From the NCBI GenBank assembly GCA_021613535.1, contig CP075497.1:9424001-9488000 (forward strand): a stretch of 64,000 nucleotides of DNA. The letters are read 5' to 3'. The DNA is from Adineta vaga (taxonomy: Eukaryota > Animalia > Rotifera). Below the pieces are notes generated by a model that did not search any database, was not told the DNA's origin, and saw only the letters and a program-made list of their open reading frames with translations. Below, piece after piece: positions 54,233 through 64,000 of the stretch; the stretch's first letter is position 1, and each line of letters opens with the position of its first letter. The position numbers and the translations under genes are program-made.

Positions 54233-56473
54233 ATGAATAACGATGATCAAATGAATTCATATATGAGTACTACTCAAAATTATGGTGTATCATGTAGTAA
54301 TGATATGAGGTAGAACGTATTTTCTTTGATTTTATCATACAAAACTAACTTGTTATTTTATAGCTCTAAACCTGGAGGTTTTTCTGTAAAATCAATGTCA
54401 AGTTTACTTAAGGTTGCTCTATTTATTATCTCACAAGGAACTTATCGACAAAATGATATTTCTACCCGTACGCGACACTCAATCGATCGGTTGATAGATG
54501 AATTTGATGACATTACAAATCGAAAAGAGAACTCTTTCGAGTTTTACCGTGGTTTGATCGAAACATATGAAAATCTTTTTGGTATATATCTTTGTTTAAT
54601 TGCTGACTATGGTGGTACATATACAATTGTGGACAGAAGCTATTTTCCTGATACCAATAAACAACAATTCAATCAAAATCCTTACGCCTTTATATACTAT
54701 AATATGAAGGAAAACAAATATAGTCCATTATACAAGGAGATGGATGGATGCATAAGCACTATATTTTCAGAATTTGATAATTCTGTTTGGAATCATGCCC
54801 AGTCATTTGTCGATCAATTGAATAAAAATGGTACGTTCAGTTATTTTATTCCTAATTCTATTTTGATTTTATACAATTTCATATTCTAGTGATATATTCC
54901 AATCAAAATCAAGCAGATCATTTGTACAATTTGCAGGAAGAAGATTCTGATCGTAAGCCCTAATTTTTATAAATATTTTGTATTTTAAAATCAATTTAGA
55001 TATGGTGATTGATGATACACATGCAACAACAAATCAGCCATCCGAAAGTATGCCGTAAAATAAATTTATTAATGTATGATTTATACGATTGATATGTAAA
55101 GGTACGATTACCCATGAAATAATTTCGACAGCTTCTGCTGTCATCGAACAAATGGTTCAAGAAATTGTTCTATTAATACCAAACTTTGGAGCAAGACTCG
55201 ATTCAATTGTGTATCAGAATGATATAGTTGGTATGCATGTTGACAACATATATATATATATATAAGCAAAATTAATTGTTTTCTTTTCTATAGGTTTCGA
55301 GATTGAGAATCTCAATCAAATGCTCCCTAAGAATACAGGCGAATTAATACAACAACGGCTACTTGTTATTTCGAACATAGTTGAGATGGCGGCAATCAAC
55401 CCAATTTCACGTACATTTAAATTTCGTTACATTGATTTTAACTATCATTTATATTGTATATCTTTAGAAAATGACAATGAAACTATGCCATCAACTGTAG
55501 TAACCGAAGACCAAAGTCAACTAGGTAATCCGAATGAATATTACAAAATATGATTTTTTTAAATAATTCATTATATTTCTTTAGATCAATCGAATCTACC
55601 AACAAATCTCTCACCTACGACTAATGCTTCTCAATCTCGTCGTGCAACGACATCAACACCACTGCGACAGAAATCACCTCCAAAAATCACTACACAACCA
55701 AAACCAACGTGGGATTATCGTACTATGAGAGACCTCTGGAAAAAAGAGTTACCACTTCTTGCTGGTGTTGGTTCTCAACGCACACCGATACGTGTTAAGG
55801 TAAAATACAGCTCATACTGAATGATCAGTAGAATATAAAAGTCAGTCATATCATTTTCAGGTACCTTCAAAAAGCGACGGCCAAATGTATCTTGGTGTGA
55901 AGGTTTTAAATCTTAAGCAAGAGGAACACGGCTCAAAGTAGTCGTCCCAGAACATACTAGTGTAAATATGAAACATTTCATCAAGGACGATGATCTTAGT
56001 CGTTTGGTATTCGATGACTGCAATAAGAATGATTATTTTGATCCAGTGAACAAGGATGTTTATCTAACGATTAGTTCTGAAGAGCATAAAAAAGGAGAAA
56101 AAGAGTAAGCAATTATAAGCACTAATCTGAAAAATTAATTAATGAAATCTTTTCACAGTGTACGGATACGCATGTTCAATTTGTATCAAAACGGCACAAT
56201 AACAAAAGACAATATTCAAGATGAAAAACTTGACAAATGTTTATTAGCTTTTTGGTTTTGTATCCGAAAAGATGGTGAATATAAACCTATTTCAAACGTT
56301 TCATTTTCGAATGTGATTACAGAAAAGGTACGACTGATGCATATGTAAAAACAGTTCCTTATACCCAAGCGATTTATTCTCTTTAGAAAAAAAAGCTGCT
56401 AAATAATAAACAAAACCAACTTACGATTATGAAACAAAGATTAATAACATACTTTAATGGGAAGAAACACTAG
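54233..56473 (+). CDS. Divergent Rel-homology-like protein, array copy 5 (one 1-nt frameshift at ~55936; pseudogene or assembly error)
   Basis: PPKITTQPKPTWDYRTMRDL...LLAGVGSQRTPIRVK|VP...MYLGVKVL...EHGS/KVVVP...MFNLYQNG...KLDKCLLAFWFCIRKDGEY...FSNVITEK. Confidence 0.68.
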
Positions 56474-57281
56474 TTTTTATATGATTACATACTTTTTCCC
56501 AACAAAGTGATGTCAACGAACGTTTGCTTCCTACATGACTCATCACGCTTGCGTTACGTGAATTTGTTTTACCATGTAACCACTAGAAAATTTTTCTTCG
56601 TTTTTGTCAAAGAAAATGTGACCTGGTCTTATTTTCATATGTTGATGCAAAGCATAAATAAAAGTTCGTCTGATATACAATAAACTTATACTTACCTGAA
56701 CACAGTATCTCTATAGTCAAGACAGTACGGCACTATCGTTCACATTATTCTAATAGTATAACCCAATTTACTTTGAAATTCTCATCGAGGAATATTGTTT
56801 TCTCTGAAAAGATAATAAAAGATGTTAGATAGTAAACGATTTAATTAAACTTTTTGAGTCGATATAGTTGTTATGCTATTATATTATGGCGTCGTTTTTT
56901 TTGATGAATTGCGATTTAAAAACTGTTTAGAATATCGATTACATACAATAAAACATGTCCTTTTACTTAATACGTCTTCATATACTTGATAAAGGTGAAC
57001 AAATCTTTTTATTCTATACGATGGAACTTAAACATTATCTCATCATGATCATTCTTCTATTTTTTTCTATCGCAATATTTCCTATTTTGTTGAAGCAATA
57101 GAGAAAAAACGAACTCATCGAAGGTCATGAAATTAGATCTCATCTGATTGATTACATATTCCATTCAATATACACGCAATCTTATCTATAGTATTTTTCT
57201 GTGTGTATTTATATCCAACTTTCTATTTAAAACTTCATTCATTCATTTATTTATTTATTTCACTCAATCACACGTATCACG

Positions 57282-57524
57282 ATGCGACTAACATGTCGTA
57301 CAATTTTCATACTTCTCTTCGTCATTATTCTTATAATGGCTTATTGTGGTCCTACTGTTGAAGCAGGCATAATCCGACGTATAACATCACCTCGACGTGT
57401 TGTACACCCACGACGACCAGCAGTGACCAGATACAGAATGAAACATAAAGTAAAAACCAAAACGAAAATTAGATATGGCCCTAAACGACCAAGTCTATTG
57501 AAGAAAATTACTGGGCGTGGATAA
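57282..57524 (+). CDS. Secreted cationic peptide precursor (candidate antimicrobial peptide)
   Basis: Single exon, 80 aa. Signal peptide ends ..VEA; 52-aa mature part has 11 R + 8 K, no D/E, and a terminal Gly; AATAAA at ~57585. Confidence 0.75.
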   Translation: MRLTCRTIFILLFVIILIMAYCGPTVEAGIIRRITSPRRVVHPRRPAVTRYRMKHKVKTKTKIRYGPKRPSLLKKITGRG

Positions 57525-57878
57525 TTTACTTACACCAAACATTTTCTATTCATACTCACCTTTTATTGATTGTATTTGAATCCTAATAAATTCTTTTACT
57601 CTATAATACGATCGATTATGTTAAATAATACAGAGAATCCATTCTTCAAGTAAATGCTATGTTGATAACTAGTGTCCTCTATTGATGTAATATTTATTTT
57701 CAATTAATAACACGGATTTTTGTTTTTTATTTTATCCATTCAGAAATGATTTGAGTAACCGGTTGTTTATTTTTAATCTTTTGTAAGAACTAAGAAATAC
57801 AATACAAGTACAATTTTAGTTCTCTTGTTTGAAATTGTTTCGATCAAACTATACTTTGAAGTATCTTTTAGAAAACTC

Positions 57879-60800
57879 ATGGATAGTAATCGTTTCTTTC
57901 TCAACGATGATTCTTCGTCAAGTGAAGAATCCATTGATGCTGAACAACAAGTTCAAGTTTCAACAGTAAAGAAAGGTGCCAGTAAAACTGGAACAAAAAC
58001 GTATGTTTCTCTATCGAAGATTATCGATTTATTCATCTCTCAAATCTTCATGATTTTAGTGCACCAAAACCATACATCACCATGAGTGATGATGAAGAAG
58101 ATGTCAAACGTGTTGTCCGTAGTGAAAAAGAGAAACGGTATATCTATCAATAGTTCGATAGAAAGATTCATTATTATCTATTTTTGCATTTAGATATGAA
58201 GAAATTGAAGAAATTATCAAGAAAACTAAACATGCAATGCGCATTCGAGATATTGGTTTGGTCTATGAATGTGAGTAAAATTTCTTTGTAGATATGATTG
58301 ATTTTTTTCAAATGTTTCTATAGGTTATGAAAACTTAATCAAAGCATACGAGAAAGCTAGACGTATTTTGGAAAAAGATCAAGGTTTACCAAGATCATTT
58401 ATCAAAATCTTAGCACAACTTGATGATTTCATCAATCAAGTATAAGCAAGATTTCGATATATTTTGTATTTATTTGAAATCTGTCTTGTAGTGTTGGGGC
58501 GATCGAGAATGGCGTGAAACATTGAATAAAAATAATTCAAATAATTTAAGTGCTTTACGTCAAAAGATTCGTCGATTTCTCAAACAAGAACCATTGGAAA
58601 GAGAAATCAATGCTTATCGTGAAGTTTGTTTTTTAAATAATAATTTGTTTAGAAAATAAATTTGACTATTTTATAGAAACCAGATGTTGGTGATGAAGAA
58701 ATACCCGTTGATGAAGCTTCCCCGGTGGATGAAAGTGCTGAAAGTGAAGAAGATCAAGAAGAAGTTGCTCCAGCAAAAGGAAAACCACAAGATGTATATG
58801 AAAATTTTCGATAATGAAGATCTTCAATTAGAAAAGTCTGTTTCTAGGATGAGAAAGTGAATCCAGTGATGTTTCATGGGATGAAAGTGAAGATGAATCG
58901 AGCGATAGTTCAATCGATGTCGATGCACCTAATGAACAACTTTACATGAAATTTTTGAAGTAATAAATTATGTCCTAGAGAAGAAAAACTTAATTTATCA
59001 TTTATTTGATTTAGAACTGATAAACCAGAAAAGGAAAAAAGTAACAGAAACAAAGATGCTGGTGGTTCGAAACGTGCACTAAAACCACGTCGACCTGACC
59101 GACCAGCTCAACAATCCGATGATGAAGATGAAGATGGACAAAAAGATGGTCAATCTCGACAAGATGTAAGTTCTCTTCTGTTCTTCATTTGTTGAGATGA
59201 ATTCATCGGAATTTCTAGGTTCAAAAACTCGTGTCCTTCGCAAAAGATGAAGAAATTACACATGAAGCTATTTTGCAAAAACTCAATGAAATTATCGCTA
59301 TGCGCGGTAAACGTGGTACCAATCGTCGAGATCAAATAGAATGCTTGAAAATTCTCCGATTATACGTCGAAAAACAAAATTTAGGCGTGGGACTCGATAT
59401 CAAGATCTTATTGATACAAATCGCTGTTAGCTTTGACTATCATCATAAGGGCAACGAATGTTTAAAACCAGAAACATGGACACGGTAAAAACAATCAATT
59501 TATAATTTAAAAAAAAAACCCTATTTTCTTTCAATTTGTAGTGCCCTTGAATACATCGATGAATTATTAACATTATTAACTAAATACGATGAAGTTCAAA
59601 TTAGTGAAAATATCACTGAAGAAGCAGAAAATATCAAAGTAAATTTTTTATCAATAAATTTTACATTTCTTCTACTTTGTCTATATTTTCTTTAGAAAGA
59701 ACCAGATTATCGCATTCATGGTGATATTATAACAATCATAATCAAAATGGATGAAGAATTTACAAAAATTCTACAAAATGCTGATGCTCACAGTCAAGAT
59801 TATGTTGAACGTTTAAAAGATGAATTACGTGTTTGTTCAATAATTGAAAGTCTAAAAACATATTTAGAAGCAAAAGCAAACAAAAATACCATGATTACTA
59901 CTGATTCTCAAACGAATTCAGTTCCACTTGTACAACCGCAACATTTATGTACAGCATATATGTGCGTAATTGAACATCTCTATTATAAATATGATAAAAC
60001 AGCTGGTCAACCATCAGTAGCATTGATGGATCGTCTTTGCAAATATATTTATGCAAAAGATTCATTAAATCGTTTACGTGCTCGAGCAAGTCTTTGTCAT
60101 GTTTATCATTTAGCATTACATGATCATTATTATGAAGCACGTGACTTGATGTTAATGTGTCATATGCAAGATACGATTAGTTCATCGGATGTTGCCACAC
60201 AAATTTTATATAATCGAACGATTGTTCAATTAGGTTTATGTGCTTTTCGTTTCGGTTCTATTCGTGAAGCACATCAAGCATTAGTTGATATGCAATCCGG
60301 TAATCGTGCCAAAGAATTATTAGCACAAGGTGTGCAAATGTTACGTAATCAAGAACGAACACGTGATCAAGAAATGAAAGAACGACAACGTTTATTACCA
60401 TTTCATATGCATATCAATTTAGAATTAATTGAATGTGTTTATCTTGTCTCAGCTATGTTAATTGAAATTCCATTTATGGCTTGTAAGATTAGTTTAATTA
60501 CTAAGTAAAATGATGGAATAGAAAATACTTTTTCTTTTTATTATTTAGCTCATGAATATGATGCACGAAAACGACCAATTAGTAAACATTTTCATACACA
60601 AATGCGACAAGCTGAAAAACAACCCGTTTTTGGACCACCAGAATCAATGCGTGAACATGTAGTTGCTGCAAGTCGAGCAATGAAAACGGGTGATTGGAAT
60701 GCATGTGTCAATTTCTTAATTAATGAAAAAATGAATGGAAAGGTAATTGAAGAAGTTATAATCGATACATTCATAGTATAGAAAATGGCTTCGATCGTTC

Positions 60801-61461
60801 TTTTCAGGTCTGGAATCTTATGCCACAAGCAACAGAAGTACGAAAAATGCTTGTCGATAAAATTAAAGAAGAATCTTTACGTACATATTTATTTACATAT
60901 GCTACGGTTTATGATGCCATTTCGATGCCAACATTAGCTGATATGTTTGAATTACCGGTTAAACAAGTCTATGGTATTGTTAGTAAAATGATTATCAATG
61001 AAGAACTTATGGTAATATCATATTACTAAAATGAGATATAGGTCTGCATAAATATGAATTCATTTTTAGGCTTCACTGGAAGAACCCAATCAAACTGTTA
61101 TCATGCATCATACAGATCCATCAAGAACACAAGCACTTTCACTTCAACTTGTCGAAAAGATCTTCCAATTGTATGAGCAAAATGAAAAAATTGTTAATCT
61201 ACGTGGTGGTGAACCGAACTTTTATTCAAGACCGAATCAACGTATGTTTCTTTCTTTTCTGGATTGTTTCATATTTTCTTTTGTTTTAGAAGCACAACAA
61301 GGACAACAACGTAACCAAGGCACAAGCGGAGGCGGTGGTGGTGGCGGTGGTGGACAAAACTGGAGTAAGCGATGAATTCATTCACGAATTGATTTCTGTA
61401 TCATGTCATTTTCTATTGAATAGGCCGACCTCCACGATCAGGAACAAATCGTGCCTATTAG
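57879..61461 (+). CDS. EIF3C: Eukaryotic translation initiation factor 3 subunit C
   Basis: [101 protein letters not shown] domain. Confidence 0.96.
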
Positions 61462-63729
61462 AAATCGTTCAACATCAAATATTTTATTTCATCTATTTAA
61501 ATCTTTATTTTGCATTGTTGTTCGTCATCACATTTGTTGTTGATCTATCACGTTGAAAATAAAACAAAAGACGTTACATAAATATATACAAGAAGAACTA
61601 AATGTTCTCTTATCTTCAACATACATATTCGAAAATAACTAACAATCTGAGATGTGTATTTTGTTAATACTTTTCGTCTTTATTTGAGTTTTATCTAATC
61701 GTTCTTTCATCTATTTTCTTGAGAATCATACAGAAAGCGTAAAAATATGCATAAATGATAATGATCAATGATATAAGGTCAATGTCGTAGGTTATCGAAA
61801 AAAAAATACTATGATTGCATTCTAACAGGAAAAACAACTCATTATATTACGATACACGTTAACACAGTAATGCAACGTTTTTATGAAATATCTCGATCTA
61901 ATCGCCATGTATTCTTTACATAAAAAGGTTTTTATCTCTAATACTATTCAGTTGTCTTTGTTTTCTCTTAGATCTTTATCCTTGAATGGATCAAAGCAAT
62001 TAGTCGTTCTGGAATTTCTAATAAGTCAATAAAACTTCTAATGGATTACTAATCAATACAAAACATCTGATGAATAATAACAAAAAGGAAAACAAAAACA
62101 CATTCTATACATCGTTTCAACAACGACATTCAACTGAAAAACTAATTACAGAATTCTATTTCATGATATAAGATGATGCTTGTGTAATTCGAGTTCGCAT
62201 GATATGAATCAATTATAACATGACCGTAGCAATATGAATGAAATCCTTTTAATCATTTCTACTTTCATGACCAATTCAATCTTCCCTGAATTCATCGTTT
62301 CCGTCCGTTATCCGACAACAACGGTATTCGATTATTATCAAAATAGAGAACAAATCCGATTCTATTCATACTAAAAAATATGGCCATCTGTTAGTTTGTT
62401 ATTCTCGACACTATCCATACACTTCAATTGAGAGAAAATACAATACATAGATAAAATACATTCTCAATCGAGAAACAATTGTTGTAAATATTCGTCTTTT
62501 TCATTTCATTCATATGCTTACAATTATCACTGACACCTAGCGCTATCTATTTGCAAGCATATATCATTTTTCTAAACAAACAGAACAACTTTCGTACATA
62601 CTTCATCAATTCTTACCTTTTTCTTTTCTATATCAATCGATAAACATCAAAATAAATGTTATTATCAATATAAGTTTATTTTGTTTATTTTTTTAACTAA
62701 TAAGAATATATTTTATCAAGCAGTCGAGACATCTAACTAAATTTGAAACCTTTTCAATATAACTGAAGAAACACAATTATTTTTAACTTGACAACGGTTA
62801 GTCAATTTCTTTTACTCCATCTTTTCATCATAGAAAAAAAACTATATATATGTTGATAATAAAAGACGAAAAAAATCATTGGTAAAATGCAAACAAAATT
62901 GTAAGTTATTTGACTTATATTTAAATATAGACCTTGGATTCTCTTCATAGTGATTGGGAACCGAATGCTGATGGTATTGATGATAAGGCAAAATCGAAAG
63001 TATATCCTTCAGAAGAAAAAAAAGAACCGTATACAATTACAATTAAAGATAATGTACAATATGGAATAGTTAACGGATGGTTAAGTAAGCGATTTTCTTT
63101 CTCTTCTCGATAATTTATTGATTATTTCAATGTAGTTTTCTTTTTCTTTTTTTCTTTTAGAATACAATTGATTATTTTTAATAGAAGTATTTCGATCAAA
63201 GAAAAATTAATTGATTTAATACGGAAACAGATTTTACTCTAGGCATTTCCGTTATTATTACAATCACTTATTTTTCACTATAGAATATTATTCTTTAGTC
63301 TTTTCCCAAAGTCTTTCACAGAAATCTCATCTAACATATATATATATAAATACATGATGTAATCTTTTCATTTATTTTATTTAGATTAAAAAAAAAGGAA
63401 CTTGACTGTTGATGATGTAATAACATTCACTTATGGAAGTGACAAAAAATGTTGACATATGTTCATAACTCTACTAAAGATAAGTCTTTAAGAAATAGTT
63501 TTTATACATCTGTTTATTTATCAATCAATCTTAGTAATATTTATCAAATGAATACTTCGAAACTACGATTATCTATATATTTGTTTTTTTTAATACATTA
63601 CTACTTATCCCACTGAGAAATATCATATATACCAAGGGTGCTATTTTTGGGAATGTATTTTCTAACGATATAGCTGCTTATCATTAGAAAGTATCGAACG
63701 GAAAAATCTAGAAAAGTAATCTTTCTTTT

Positions 63730-63749
63730 GTGTGTGTGTGTGTGTGTGT
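63730..63749. repeat. (GT)n microsatellite
   Basis: About ten GT units visible. Confidence 0.85.
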
Positions 63750-64000
63750 AAAATCTTTTGAGAATAATGTTTGACGTAAGATATCGTTTCCTTTTTTTTT
63801 CATTAATGAAAAGGGTCTTTTATTATTCATATACAGTATAACACAGTAGGAGATAGAATAGATTATTCATTGTATGATGCAGATGGTAACTGACATATCC
63901 TTCTGTCTTACTTCGATATGCTCGAAATAATCTGCAATTAAAATCGTATTCTTCTCTCTCCATGTACAAATTGGAGAAATTGTTTTTTATTTAACAAAGA

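Noticed and set aside
45670-56542. AP-1-like TGA(C/G)TCA sites at ~45670, ~50491 and ~56536 around the array
   Set aside because: Several such heptamers are expected by chance in 64 kb of this base composition.
61900-63460. Scattered exon-like pieces after eIF3c (for example TLDSLHSDWEPNADG at ~62930)
   Set aside because: Could not assemble an open spliced frame or recognise a family.

Overview
AT-rich, gene-dense eukaryotic DNA with many ~45-60 nt GT-AG introns and intron-bearing genes of bacterial type. This is most consistent with a bdelloid rotifer (inference). Recognisable genes: Nkx6, TMEM216, nicastrin, a P2C ATPase alpha subunit, spastin, FAM8A1, a FAM177-like gene, two tandem AGPAT3/4-type acyltransferases, TARBP1/Trm3 and eIF3c. 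Two probable horizontal acquisitions: a Bacteroidetes-type GH13 glycosidase and a membrane protein fused to a myxobacterial-like beta-propeller. The main candidate novelty is a ~16 kb tandem array (40.6-56.5 kb) of five highly divergent paralogues whose C-terminal domain aligns by eye with the N-terminal DNA-binding subdomain of the Rel homology domain (RHD; NF-kB/NFAT). Four copies lack the IPT dimerisation domain, the predicted recognition loop is hypervariable, one copy carries two CtBP-binding PxDLS/T motifs, four share an unknown N-terminal domain, and one is a pseudogene. A secreted, strongly cationic 52-residue peptide gene (candidate antimicrobial peptide) lies directly after the array. 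The P2C ATPase carries the TM5 lysine typical of H+/K+-ATPases and has lost Na+ site-III residues. All family assignments come from manual motif recognition; no database searches were run. Exon boundaries are read by eye, and the assembly appears to contain occasional 1-nt indels.
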